Assembly: GCA_964035545.1 (NCBI GenBank)
Contig: CAXIUT010000004.1
Location: forward strand, 1-47,478
From: Bugula neritina
Lineage: Eukaryota > Animalia > Bryozoa
Direction: 5' to 3'
DNA: 47,478 bases
Part shown: positions 15,815 through 25,889 of the stretch, one piece after another
Position numbering within the stretch: the stretch's first letter is position 1
Layout of the letters: the number at the start of each line of letters is the position of its first letter
Made by a program: the position numbers and the translations under genes
The notes under the pieces: generated by a model
What the model was told of the DNA's origin: nothing
Databases searched by the model: none
Seen by the model: the letters and a program-made list of their open reading frames with translations, nothing else

Positions 15815-16157
15815 TAATGCTAAGTGGGCGGCGTTAGGTGGTCTGGGCGCTGCTATCGGCTCTACAGCGTGCTGCATACTCCCGCTGGTCTTGTTTAGCT
15901 TAGGCATCAGCGGCGCATGGATAGGCACACTTACCAGCCTGAATCAGTACCAACCTTGGTTTGTTGCTGTCGCGTTGCTGTGCTTTGCTGTGGGGTTTTA
16001 CTGGGTCTATTTCAAACCCAAAGCCCAATGTGAACCGGATAGCTACTGCGCAAAGCCTGCTTCCAACCGCATCGTTAAAATTGTTTTATGGCTCTCACTG
16101 GCACTGATCGTTTTAGCACTGGCATTCCCCTTAATAGCTCCTTTGTTTTTAACGTAA
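15807..16157 (+). CDS. merT: MerT mercuric transport protein
   Basis: STACCILPLVL..LGISGAWIG.LT, second Cys pair CEPDSYC. Confidence 0.92.
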   Translation: MNNNAKWAALGGLGAAIGSTACCILPLVLFSLGISGAWIGTLTSLNQYQPWFVAVALLCFAVGFYWVYFKPKAQCEPDSYCAKPASNRIVKIVLWLSLALIVLALAFPLIAPLFLT

Positions 16158-16170
16158 TGGAATCAATCAA

Positions 16171-16491
16171 ATGAACAGCATGAAATCACTGATCTTGAGT
16201 TTTTTAGCACTGATACTGCTATCAACGAATTTACTCTATGCAAATGATTCAAGTGTCAGCACAGAAAAATCCGTCACGCTGACCGTTGAGAAAATGACTT
16301 GTGTCAGCTGTCCCTACATCGTCAAAAAGTCACTGACCCAGACAGAAGGCGTTCAAAGCGCCGAGGTCATTTTTGACGAAAAGAAAGCAATTGTTGTTTT
16401 TGATGAAAGTAAAACCAGCGTGGAACAGCTGATTGCTGCCACCACCAATGTCGGCTTTCCTTCAGAACTGGTGGAGACTGAAACCAATTGA
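16171..16491 (+). CDS. merP: MerP-like periplasmic HMA protein
   Basis: Signal peptide, MTCVSCP, ATTNVGFPS. Confidence 0.88.
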   Translation: MNSMKSLILSFLALILLSTNLLYANDSSVSTEKSVTLTVEKMTCVSCPYIVKKSLTQTEGVQSAEVIFDEKKAIVVFDESKTSVEQLIAATTNVGFPSELVETETN

Positions 16492-16700
16492 GTAAGAAAT
16501 TAATTTACACAGGCGTTATTGGCGCTGTGTTAGCCGCTGCCTGCTGCGTGACACCTTTATTACCGATCACACTAACAGCTGTGGGTTTAACTGGCCTGTT
16601 GGGCGTGTTGTATAAGGATGCGGTTTTATTACCGGCAATGGGCATTTTCATTTTGATAGCGGGGTATGGATTTTGGCGACAACAACAGCAAAAACAGTAA
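16488..16700 (+). CDS. merF: MerF-like mercury transporter
   Basis: AAACCVTPLL, D.VLLP, two TM helices. Confidence 0.8.
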   Translation: MSKKLIYTGVIGAVLAAACCVTPLLPITLTAVGLTGLLGVLYKDAVLLPAMGIFILIAGYGFWRQQQQKQ

Positions 16701-16906
16701 TACCTGATTCGGATATTACGTGCCCTGAGTGCGGGCATACTGAGACTGAGACCATGCCTACTGATGCCTGTCAGTGGTTCTATGACTGTAAAGGTTGTAA
16801 TGCTTTGCTCAAACCCAAGGCGGGGGATTGCTGCGTATATTGCTCTTATGGCACCGTTGCCTGTCCGCCGATACAGGAGGGTGATAGCTGCTGCTCGGCT
16901 GGGTGA
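16673..16906 (+). CDS. GDCCVxC-domain Cys-rich protein (start uncertain)
   Basis: CPECG..MPTDACQWFYDCKGC..KPKAGDCCVYCSYG..CPP. Confidence 0.88.
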   Translation: MATTTAKTVIPDSDITCPECGHTETETMPTDACQWFYDCKGCNALLKPKAGDCCVYCSYGTVACPPIQEGDSCCSAG

Positions 16907-16928
16907 AACTAGTTTTTAACAAAAAAAT

Positions 16929-18184
16929 CTCTGTACACGACATTTTTATAAAACTCCCGCAGGATAGCGAATGTTGACACCCTCGGCATCCTTCCCAATC
17001 CAGCTGGGTGGACACCAGAATAGCATCAACAACCTCAGCATTTCCGGCTCATCGGGTATGGCTCCAATGAGTTTGTCAGCCAGATAATCCAAACCATAGC
17101 GGAACAAGCTTTTCTCGGGGCGTCCATGATTTTTGATTTTCAGCGGTTTGACCACTTTGGCTTTCCATTCGCCGGTCTTGTGCGCCCAGCAGAACGCAAT
17201 CGCCAACAATGCCATCATTTTCTTTATCCGGTAATAGTGCGTGATCCGTGTATCTTCCATGTTAAAACCGCGCCCCTTTAAACATTGGAAGAGATGTTCA
17301 ATTTCCCAACGCAAACTGTATACCGCTAACGGATCAGCCAGCTTGCGGTTGCTGGCAAGAATCAAGAATTCGCCATCATCCAGGCGTAATGCACTCAGAT
17401 AAACCGGCTGACCACTGATGTGGCGCGGTTTGCGCAACACCGTTGATTCGCCGATAGCCAGTGACCAGAACAATGACTTAACTGGCTTCCCCTGCTGACA
17501 CGGGTAGGCATAATGCTGGTTGCCCTTCATGCGGATGAGAAAGGGAATCTCCTGCTGATTCAGCCAGCCCCACCAGTCTTCACCAATAAACTCACGATCA
17601 CCCAGAACCCCCTGGATGCAGCCACCACCAAACTGGCTGATAAAGCGTTTGAGCATGGCGATGCGCTCGCGCTGGCTGGAATTGCCTTTCTTATTCAGCA
17701 CCAGCCAGTAGATTGGAATGGCAGCACCCTTGTAAACAATGCCCAGCGTCAGCAGATTTAGGTTTTTCTTGCCCCATTGCCAGTTCGTCCGATCCAGTGT
17801 GAGATAAAACGCCTCCCGATCAAAACCAAAAAGGCTGATGATCAGCCGGGCCAGCGCATCATAGTCAAAGTACACCTCGCTAAAAAAGCGTTGGAGACGA
17901 CGATAACGGGACTCCACGTCGGTTTCACCGCCCATAGCAACCGCCAGGCGACTTAAATCCATACGCTGGATGCGGAGCAACGCCAATAACATACTGACAA
18001 AGCAGACCAAGCGGGCTTGCCCCAGCCCAGGTGATCTTTTAGGCTGTCTTGTAGTCCGTCGGCTAATTTCATGGCAATCTCCTGTTTCGTCGCAAGAGAG
18101 TGCAGCAGAAGGTCGGCGGACTTTCAATTTTGTCCGATAACAGCACTTTAAATCAATGGGTTACGCGTTTTGTCGTGTACAGAG
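16929..18184 (-). mobile_element. IS4-family insertion sequence, ISAba1-like ends
   Basis: Terminal IRs CTCTGTACACGACA / TGTCGTGTACAGAG; 9-bp target duplication CAAAAAAAT at 16920-16928 and 18185-18193. Confidence 0.95.
16946..18072 (-). CDS. IS4-family DDE transposase with apparent 1-nt frameshift near codon 20
   Basis: LDRTNW, GDREF, Y..RWEIE..F..LK (YREK); RBS-preceded ATG at 18072 is out of frame with the long ORF. Confidence 0.88.
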
Positions 18185-18272
18185 CAAAAAAATGTATTTC
18201 TTATGGACAAATGGATACTATCTTATTTGAGTCTTTCTGATTGAATTCAATGAATGCTGAGAGCATAAGTTA

Positions 18273-18884
18273 ATGAGAATATTATTAAAATCAATTCATG
18301 TATTATATGTAATTCTTTGCATGGTTTTTATCTCAGGCCTTTTCTTTTTTTTGTTTCAATACAATCATGGTAGTGATTTGAACTATATAGATAGGTTGGG
18401 ATTTTTTATCACTATTATTCCAATAGTTTTATTTTTTATTGTAAGAATGGCTTTAGTTTTAAGTAGTTATGCAGAAAAATATGAATTTTATGATACGATA
18501 ATTATTACCATAGCAGTATCATTAATAATATTTCCCAGCTTAACGTCTCATCACTGGATAGAAAATAGCTGTTCTAAAAAACAAGAAGGAAGAATAGTAA
18601 CCACAACCAAGTTATATAGAAACTATTTCTTCGACTACTTTAGATACTCTGATAAAAAACAAAAGGAAAACTTCATGACAATAGGTGATTTTTGTCTCTC
18701 TTACAATAACCTTATATCCAAACCAACAGCAAAAAATAAAATGGAAACAATAGGCAAAGCACCTGTTAGTGAAATTATATTTAATTTAACATACTTATCT
18801 TTTTTAGAGCGCGCATTTGATTTTGGGGGAAATGGCTTGTCAGAAAGAAAAGCACCGTTTATTAAGAAAATGGATAACCTTTAG
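18273..18884 (+). CDS. AT-rich hypothetical membrane protein
   Basis: 203-aa ORF with three N-terminal hydrophobic segments; much lower GC than flanks. Confidence 0.65.
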   Translation: MRILLKSIHVLYVILCMVFISGLFFFLFQYNHGSDLNYIDRLGFFITIIPIVLFFIVRMALVLSSYAEKYEFYDTIIITIAVSLIIFPSLTSHHWIENSCSKKQEGRIVTTTKLYRNYFFDYFRYSDKKQKENFMTIGDFCLSYNNLISKPTAKNKMETIGKAPVSEIIFNLTYLSFLERAFDFGGNGLSERKAPFIKKMDNL

Positions 18885-19172
18885 AAAATTGGAGCTAAGC
18901 TATGTTTGTCACCGCTTGCTAGCTTCCAGCCACTAGAGCATCAGGCATATCCAGTGTATGCACTAGTAATACCTGGCAGCAAGTCATAGCACACCGTTGG
19001 TTTTCCAATGATCCACTGCTAATGAGTCATCATTACAAAATCGTAATTTCCACGTGTTAGGAACTGCTAACCCTATCCCTTGCTTGAAAGGTATGATCGT
19101 GGGACGCTGTGAGAGGTGCCTGGGCAGATGTTGATAGCACTGAATTTTTATCCTCGGTGGTGAGGATTACAA

Positions 19173-20222
19173 ATGATAAAACTAAGGAAATTGACAAGAA
19201 TGAGAAAATTAAACTTTTACCTCAAATTCATGTTCATAGCTATTTTTAGTGCAATGAGCGTGTCTCAGGCTGTCATCGCAAAAGATGAAACCCTGTTTCA
19301 GTTAGATGGTAATGACTATCAGGCTTCAGATTTTTCATTGTTGTTTCAGCAGTCACTGTATGACATCGAACTGAAATATTATAAAGACCGTGTCAATCTG
19401 GTTGATCGGGCTTTATTGGAGCTGGAATTAAAAAATACGATTGAAACAAGCGGCAAGTCAGAACGAGAAGTTGCTATCGAACTGTTTGATGTGACTGAGC
19501 CGACTGACGATGAAGCAAAGGCTTTTTATGAGAAAAACAAAGCCAATATTGACCAGCCCTTCGATGAGGTTAAAGATAGAATTATTGCATTCATTAGGGA
19601 AGAGGCACAGAGCAATAAACAAAGGGCTTTATTAGAAAGCATTAAACATGACAATATTTTAACCTTAAATTTTAGTTTACCGATTCCACCACTGGTAGAT
19701 ATAGCGACGGAAGCTTATCCCTCCAAAGGGGCAGATAATGCTAAAGCGGTATTGGTCGAATTTGCTGACTTCCAGTGTCCACACTGTAAACAGGCCAGCT
19801 CAGCACTGACAACCGTTTTGGCAAAGTTTAAGGATGATTTAAAAATTATTTACATGGATTTTCCTGTTAATCCTTCTGGCATTTCCCGCAAGGTAGCAGA
19901 AGGCGCAGCCTGTGCCGGTCAACAAGATAAGTTCTGGGAATACCATGACCTCGCCTTCGCCCAGCAATCAGAATTGACGGCTGATTCCGTGCTGGCGCTA
20001 GCTGAAGCGGCGCAGTTGGACAGCAGCGCATTCAGGGCGTGTCTGGCGTCAGATTTTCCAGCTCAGCATGTTGAAAAGGCTGAAGCAGAGGGTCTTCGCC
20101 TTGGCGTTGATTCCACACCCACATTGTTTTTGAATGGCCGTCGTTTGCATCTGCATAATATGGAAGAAGAATTACCCGCAGAAATTGAAAAAATACTCGC
20201 GGATGCCGACTCAGCCAGCTAA
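19173..20222 (+). CDS. DsbA-family thioredoxin-fold protein with N-terminal helical domain
   Basis: EFADFQCPHC, GVDSTPTLFLNG; signal peptide (start may be 19200). Confidence 0.9.
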   Translation: MIKLRKLTRMRKLNFYLKFMFIAIFSAMSVSQAVIAKDETLFQLDGNDYQASDFSLLFQQSLYDIELKYYKDRVNLVDRALLELELKNTIETSGKSEREVAIELFDVTEPTDDEAKAFYEKNKANIDQPFDEVKDRIIAFIREEAQSNKQRALLESIKHDNILTLNFSLPIPPLVDIATEAYPSKGADNAKAVLVEFADFQCPHCKQASSALTTVLAKFKDDLKIIYMDFPVNPSGISRKVAEGAACAGQQDKFWEYHDLAFAQQSELTADSVLALAEAAQLDSSAFRACLASDFPAQHVEKAEAEGLRLGVDSTPTLFLNGRRLHLHNMEEELPAEIEKILADADSAS

Positions 20223-20259
20223 CACGCTATGTCCTACTCATGCGACAGAGAGATCAGTT

Positions 20260-20622
20260 ATGAGCAATTTTGCAAAGAAAATCACACCCTACGTGGAAGC
20301 TGAGTTTGAAGCCGCCCAAAAGGCGCGGGCGGAAAATAAGCCAGACCTCGAATTCAGACACCTGGAGAACGCTCATGTGTTGGGGCAGTCTTCGACATAC
20401 TGGCACACACTGACCCATTGCAAAATGTTGGCCTGGTCGATAAGAAATAAAGCCTTGCGTGAATGTTTGGGGCAGGCGTTCAGAATCGTTGGTGCCGCCA
20501 CCAAAACTGCCATTGGCTTAGTGCCGGAAGGCAATACCGGAGGGGCTAATATTAGCCCGTTCAAGCGCCTACCCGTCCCCGATAAATTGGCAACCATTAT
20601 CCAACTGGCGAAAACAGCGTGA
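20260..20622 (+). CDS. DUF3703 family protein
   Basis: HLENAHVLGQ..H...H..ML, P.GNTGGANISPF; ATG at 20260. Confidence 0.85.
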   Translation: MSNFAKKITPYVEAEFEAAQKARAENKPDLEFRHLENAHVLGQSSTYWHTLTHCKMLAWSIRNKALRECLGQAFRIVGAATKTAIGLVPEGNTGGANISPFKRLPVPDKLATIIQLAKTA

Positions 20623-21230
20623 TAAAAAAACCTATATTACTGTTGATTGCCTGCTTAACCGTGGGCATTAGCTTTGCTGTGGCACTGTTGGTGTTCAACA
20701 CGTCCAACCAGTCTCAGTCAACGTTAACCCCCATTGCGGGGAAAAGCTTTGGTGGTGACTTTACGCTGAAAACAGGGGATGGTAAGCCCGTCAGCCTGAG
20801 CGACTACCGGGGGAAAGTCGTACTGATGTATTTTGGCTATGCGTCCTGCCCGGATGTTTGTCCTACCTCAATGGCGTTGCTGGGAACAGCGCTGAAAAGA
20901 CTGGAGGCTGAAGAAGTGGCACAGATACAAGGTCTGTTTATCAGCGTAGATCCTGAACGCGATCAGGGCGAGAAATTAACGGCCTATGCGCAATACTTTC
21001 ATCCTAATTTTACCGGGGTGACCGGTACTTTGGCAGAGCTGAAACAGGTAGCAAAACAGTATGGCAGCTTCTTTGGCAAGGCCGATGAGTCCTCCTCGTC
21101 ATTGGGTTATTTAGTTGATCACTCGTCCCGGACTTATGTTATTGGTAAAGAGGGTCAACTAGCACATTTACTGCCGCACGATAAAACGATACCTGAAGTA
21201 GTAACGGCAATAAGAGCGGCGTTAAAATGA
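20619..21230 (+). CDS. SCO1/SenC family protein
   Basis: FGYASCPDVCP, SVDPERD, VDHS. Confidence 0.93.
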   Translation: MIKKPILLLIACLTVGISFAVALLVFNTSNQSQSTLTPIAGKSFGGDFTLKTGDGKPVSLSDYRGKVVLMYFGYASCPDVCPTSMALLGTALKRLEAEEVAQIQGLFISVDPERDQGEKLTAYAQYFHPNFTGVTGTLAELKQVAKQYGSFFGKADESSSSLGYLVDHSSRTYVIGKEGQLAHLLPHDKTIPEVVTAIRAALK

Positions 21231-21329
21231 AATACTGCACTCATAAAAATAGACATACTGGAACACTTAAAATCAACAGCCAACTTCAGTTTGGAAATTT
21301 CATTAGCTGTAATGCAGAGGGTATAATAT

Positions 21330-21923
21330 ATGGAACGCGTAATGAAAAACTTAGGATGGATTGTCGCATTATTTATATTTGGCCCATCTAATGCCTTTGC
21401 TCATGCCGGTGAAGGCGTTGCTGGTGGCTTAATCAGCGGCGCACTTCATCCTCTTGCCGGATTGGATCATGTGGCAGCGATGGTTGCTGTGGGTATTTTA
21501 GGGGCCTTTTTAGGACGCCCTGCAATCTGGGTATTACCAGTTGTGTTTCCATTGGTTATGACCCTGGGTGGGGTAATGGGCATTATAGGCATTCCGGTGC
21601 CTGGAATTGAAACGGGTATTGCCCTGTCATCTATTGTACTTGGTGTCATGATCGTTCTGGCTATCAAACCGCCGCTATGGATTGCCGCCATTATCGTTGC
21701 TGCCTTCGCTATTTTTCATGGTTATGCTCACGGCGCTGAGCTGCCCAATGCCGTCAATGCGTTGGCTTACAGCATGGGGTTTGTGGTGACAACAGGCTTG
21801 TTACATCTTGCCGGTATTGGGATTGGTGAACTTATCCGCTGGCCTTATGGCCTTACTGTTGCCCGAGGGGTTGGCGGGCTAATCGCATTAATCGGGCTTG
21901 GTTTTTTAACAGGTATTCTTTGA
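21330..21923 (+). CDS. HupE/UreJ family Ni/Co transporter
   Basis: AFAH, HPLAGLDH, FHGYAHG, LH. Confidence 0.92.
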   Translation: MERVMKNLGWIVALFIFGPSNAFAHAGEGVAGGLISGALHPLAGLDHVAAMVAVGILGAFLGRPAIWVLPVVFPLVMTLGGVMGIIGIPVPGIETGIALSSIVLGVMIVLAIKPPLWIAAIIVAAFAIFHGYAHGAELPNAVNALAYSMGFVVTTGLLHLAGIGIGELIRWPYGLTVARGVGGLIALIGLGFLTGIL

Positions 21924-21947
21924 CAATATGGTTAGTAGAGAAATTAA

Positions 21948-22553
21948 ATGAAGTATTCTGGTTTTTTAAAAAACAAAGTGTTACTGGTTTACTTAGCAAT
22001 ACTCTTTATCATGAATAATAGCTTTGCTGCTGGTTCTGCGTTTCACTATCAATTCGATTTAACCGCACGTTTAGTAACTACGGAAAAAGGTGAGCTTGCT
22101 GGTTTACAAATGAGTTGGCTTTATGACACTGAGACATCTTCTCTGTTTACGGATGGTGGAGACCTGTCTGCGGCGGATTTAAAAGGGCTTGCCGCTGATA
22201 TTTTTATGGGATTTCAAGAAGTTGGCTTTTTTACAAAAATTAATATCAACGGGCAGATAGTTGAACCAGGCAATGTAGAGCAATACAACCTCAATCTAAC
22301 TGAAGAAGCACGCTTGCAATTTAATATGTTACTTCCGCTGGCGTCTGCTGTGCCATTAAAAGAAAAATTGCTGGAAATTATTATATCTGACTCAAGCGCC
22401 ACTGGCCTGGTGACATTTAACTCCTCAGAGAACCTACAGTTAGATGAATCTTTAAAAAGCAGCTGTCAGGCTCCTCAACTAAAGCAATCTAAACTTGAAA
22501 CCATCGATGAACATGTTGAGACAGTGGAAATTATGACAGTAGATTGTCGCTAA
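21948..22553 (+). CDS. Exported protein, DUF1007-like
   Basis: Signal peptide; GLQMSWLYD..TS, FFT pattern. Confidence 0.6.
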   Translation: MKYSGFLKNKVLLVYLAILFIMNNSFAAGSAFHYQFDLTARLVTTEKGELAGLQMSWLYDTETSSLFTDGGDLSAADLKGLAADIFMGFQEVGFFTKININGQIVEPGNVEQYNLNLTEEARLQFNMLLPLASAVPLKEKLLEIIISDSSATGLVTFNSSENLQLDESLKSSCQAPQLKQSKLETIDEHVETVEIMTVDCR

Positions 22554-22699
22554 ACGCTGGCTTGGAAGTATTACAGGTTTGAATACTCATGCTACCAACA
22601 TCTTCTTATGAAACAGAGTTATAAACGTGTTTTCTTAGTAATCGCCAGTGTCCTTATTGTGTTTTCCTTATCAAAATACATTATTTTCATGCTGATATT

Positions 22700-23422
22700 T
22701 TGATGCTGACCCGTAAGCACAGCCTCGTCTTTTTGAAATGGAAATGTATTATGCACACAATGTATTCAGCCTTGGATGCAGCTAAAAACACCTGTAGCAA
22801 ACTCGGGTACAGCCTGCTTCTGTGTAGCCCATTACTGTTTAGTCCGGTGCAGGCCCATAACATTGTTTCCGGTGCTTATGTCGATGGTATGACGGTTGAA
22901 GGTGAGATTGGTTTTTCCAATGGAGAGATGGCTTCGCCCGGTGTTGAAATAACCATAACGGACAGCAACGGTCATTCACTGGGTAAAACACAAACCGAAG
23001 CAGATGGTCTCTTCAGTTTTGTGGCCAGCCAACCTGTCGAACATATTTTTAAAGCTAACCTTGGTGCGGGACATGTGGCAGAAATCATCGTAGCAGCCGA
23101 TGATTTCAGCAATACCAACACCAGCGCTACAACGCCAGGTACTACAACAACCACAGACCGGCAACAGACGCCGGGTAGTAGCACCAGTACAACCAGCACT
23201 GTTTCAACAACAGACATTGAACGCATCGTGCGTAAAGCGGTTGCCCAGCAAGTTAAACCCTTGCAAAAGGAACTGCGTGCTTATAAGGAAAAAGTGATGT
23301 TCCGTGATATTACCGGGGGTCTCGGCTTTATCTTTGGGATATTTGGCATAGCGGCCTGGCTGGCTTCACGCAAAACAAAACCAGCCCCTTCGACAGTAAG
23401 GGGCAGTTCAACAGCGTCCTGA
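22700..23422 (+). CDS. CbiL/NikL-like Co/Ni transport accessory protein (start uncertain)
   Basis: AH after signal, EGEIGFSNG, GAGH, RDITGGLGFIFG C-terminal TM. Confidence 0.7.
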   Translation: MMLTRKHSLVFLKWKCIMHTMYSALDAAKNTCSKLGYSLLLCSPLLFSPVQAHNIVSGAYVDGMTVEGEIGFSNGEMASPGVEITITDSNGHSLGKTQTEADGLFSFVASQPVEHIFKANLGAGHVAEIIVAADDFSNTNTSATTPGTTTTTDRQQTPGSSTSTTSTVSTTDIERIVRKAVAQQVKPLQKELRAYKEKVMFRDITGGLGFIFGIFGIAAWLASRKTKPAPSTVRGSSTAS

Positions 23423-23437
23423 CACAGGTCTTACGGA

Positions 23438-24106
23438 CTATTCCTTAACCTGTTCACTCACCATCTTCTTCAAACCAGCAGGACTGTGATCCAGCAGCGG
23501 CAAACCATTAACAAAAAATGTTGGAGTATACTGAACACCAACTTGTTTAATATCCTTGGCTTCTTGCGTGAGTATTCCCGTAATCGCAGGATCTTTTATC
23601 TGTTCCTCAGCCAGCGCACGGTCTAAACCGGCACGCTCAGCAGCCTGCCATGCAAATTCAAGCTTGGCACCATCATGGCTGGCCCACTGCATTTGCGCTG
23701 CTAATAAAGCCTCTAGTACGGGCATAAACTTGCCCTGTCTTCTCGCACTTTCCAGTATTGTGACGGCGGTATCTGAGCCAGCATGAAAAGCAGCATAGCG
23801 CAGCACTAAGCGCACTTTTTCGGGATTATCCGCCAGAATCGCTTTCACTGTCGGGTGAAATGCACGGCAAGCCTCACACCCAGGATCGAAAAATTCGACA
23901 ATGGTTACCGGGGCGTCTTTGGGGCCAATAACCGGTGAGTAAGACCGAATCAGGGCGGAATCATTAGTGGCTTCACTGCCAGTTTTACTCGCATTGTCTG
24001 GTAGGTTGTAAGCGGGCTGCGGCGGGCTATAGAAAAAGTACGCGGCAGCAAACAATACAACAGCAACAGCAGCAATACCTGCGACGATATAGCGTGGATT
24101 CATCAA
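23438..24106 (-). CDS. DsbA/BdbD-family oxidoreductase
   Basis: EFFDPGCEAC, TPTFFVNG. Confidence 0.92.
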   Translation of the reverse strand: MMNPRYIVAGIAAVAVVLFAAAYFFYSPPQPAYNLPDNASKTGSEATNDSALIRSYSPVIGPKDAPVTIVEFFDPGCEACRAFHPTVKAILADNPEKVRLVLRYAAFHAGSDTAVTILESARRQGKFMPVLEALLAAQMQWASHDGAKLEFAWQAAERAGLDRALAEEQIKDPAITGILTQEAKDIKQVGVQYTPTFFVNGLPLLDHSPAGLKKMVSEQVKE

Positions 24107-24537
24107 TGTTTTCCTTTTGCAATTAGAGTGAGCAAAACCGATAAACCGGCAAAGCTGAGGAGGGAAAGATAGGGCAGGGGTATCACCCCCAGCAGTAGCA
24201 TATTGGCATCAGTACAGGAAGGGCCGGAGCGACTACAGGGGACAATCGGCTCTGGAATAATACCTGCGTATAATAAGCTGTGCCATAGCGCCACCAGTGC
24301 GCCTGACAAGGCCAGAGGTAATGCGTATTTCCAGCTTTGAAAATCCGCGTGGTAACAGGCTACCCCCAGCACCAACACCAACGGAAACATCGCAATCCGT
24401 TGATACCAACACAAGATACATGGCGCTTGTCCCATGACTTCGCCAATAAATAGCGCTCCTAATGTCGCGCACAGGGCAATCCCCCAGGCACCCAGCAGTA
24501 GACGGTATTTCCAGGTGTTCATTAACTTATCATCCAT
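24103..24537 (-). CDS. dsbB: Disulfide bond formation protein B (BdbC-like)
   Basis: PCILCWYQR, second Cys pair PCSRSGPSC, four TM helices. Confidence 0.92.
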   Translation of the reverse strand: MDDKLMNTWKYRLLLGAWGIALCATLGALFIGEVMGQAPCILCWYQRIAMFPLVLVLGVACYHADFQSWKYALPLALSGALVALWHSLLYAGIIPEPIVPCSRSGPSCTDANMLLLGVIPLPYLSLLSFAGLSVLLTLIAKGKH

Positions 24538-24580
24538 GTGGCATGTCTCCCGCGTGGTACCAAAATATAGGCTGGAATCA

Positions 24581-25186
24581 TTATAAGTATTGCCTTAATT
24601 GTTCAGCTATGTCCGCCGGTGTCGCACCGTGTTGAATTTTTTCACGTAGTACACCCTGCTGATCAACCAGAAAGGTAACCGACGAATGATCCAGGGTGTA
24701 TCCCATGGATGAATCCGAGGTCTCTATTTTGCGGTATAAAACGTTGTACCGTTTTGCCACGGCTGCAATGGCCTCCGGCTCACCGCTCAGACCATGAAAA
24801 TTAGGATGGAAATACTGCGCGTAGTTTTCTACCATCTCCGGCGTATCACGCTCCGGGTCAATAGTGATAAACAACCCGCTGATTTTTTCCTGTTCTGATT
24901 CACTTAGTAATTTAAGGGCGCTTTTCATGATGCCTAATGAGGTGGGGCAAACATCCGGGCAAGAAGCGAAACCAAAATAAATCAGCACCAATTTACCCCG
25001 GTAATCCGATAAGCCAGACTTACCCCAGGGCGCATCTAAAACAAAATCCCCCCCATAAGCGGCTAAAGCCGTTTCTGCGGCGCGGGATTCTTGTACTTTC
25101 CATGACAGAAAGACCCCACCAATAAAAACCAGTGCGATCAGGGAAATGTAAAGTGGGCGTGATAACTGCGACATAGGTATAAACAA
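24581..25186 (-). CDS. SCO1/SenC family protein
   Basis: FGFASCPDVCP, IDPERD, LDHS. Confidence 0.92.
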   Translation of the reverse strand: MFIPMSQLSRPLYISLIALVFIGGVFLSWKVQESRAAETALAAYGGDFVLDAPWGKSGLSDYRGKLVLIYFGFASCPDVCPTSLGIMKSALKLLSESEQEKISGLFITIDPERDTPEMVENYAQYFHPNFHGLSGEPEAIAAVAKRYNVLYRKIETSDSSMGYTLDHSSVTFLVDQQGVLREKIQHGATPADIAEQLRQYL

Positions 25187-25194
25187 TAGTCAGA

Positions 25195-25830
25195 TCAGGA
25201 AGGCGTTCCAATCACATCAACATTCGCAGGGATCTGAAAGCGAAACCGGAAAGCATCGACCGGCGTATTGAGCTTCATGCCCTGAAAACGGATATACGTC
25301 TGCTGTCCAAGCTTATCTTCCAATACCATTTCCTGAACACCTGTTTTACCCACCCCTACATTCATGCTGACAAACTCGGAGTCGCGTTTGTGAGGAGTCA
25401 GTCTGAACCATTCAAGGTTGCCACCCTGCCCCTGCATTTCCGTTACCTTAAATTGCTTATCAACGGGCTGCTTGTGCATCAGCATGCCAATAGGCGCAGC
25501 AGATAAAGCCTGTTGAGCAGGCTTTACAGTGACCTGTTCCAGTTCAATATCATGCTCCCAGACGTTTTTACCATCGGCAATAATGACTTGTTTATCAGGA
25601 GCTGCGTATTGCCAGTGGAAACGGCCTGGACGCTGTACGAAAACCATGCCACGCGATTGTTGCTGTGACTTCCCCTGCGCATCAAAAACTTCCTGAGTGA
25701 AGCCCGCCTGCATCGTATTCATTGTGGTGAAAAACGCATCCAGCTTTTGGCGTCCCTCAGCCCAGACAGGCTGTATGATATTCGATGCAAAAATGAGTGT
25801 AGTAACGGCGATGGTTTTTATCTTTATCAT
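25195..25830 (-). CDS. lolA: Outer-membrane lipoprotein carrier LolA
   Basis: FTQ, RPGRFHWQY..P, IIADGKNVW..D.ELEQVT. Confidence 0.93.
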   Translation of the reverse strand: MIKIKTIAVTTLIFASNIIQPVWAEGRQKLDAFFTTMNTMQAGFTQEVFDAQGKSQQQSRGMVFVQRPGRFHWQYAAPDKQVIIADGKNVWEHDIELEQVTVKPAQQALSAAPIGMLMHKQPVDKQFKVTEMQGQGGNLEWFRLTPHKRDSEFVSMNVGVGKTGVQEMVLEDKLGQQTYIRFQGMKLNTPVDAFRFRFQIPANVDVIGTPS

Positions 25831-25889
25831 GTTTTTACTTGTCCTAAATGGAACGAATAGTCGATTGATAGCTAAGTCGGGAATGCTGT

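Noticed and set aside
16673-16906. Selenocysteine recoding in the GDCCVxC protein
   Set aside because: All motif positions are Cys codons; the only TGA lies after the terminal CCSAG
22608-22703. 31-aa hydrophobic ORF MKQSYKRVFLVIASVLIV...
   Set aside because: No clear RBS, and T-rich DNA readily yields such ORFs
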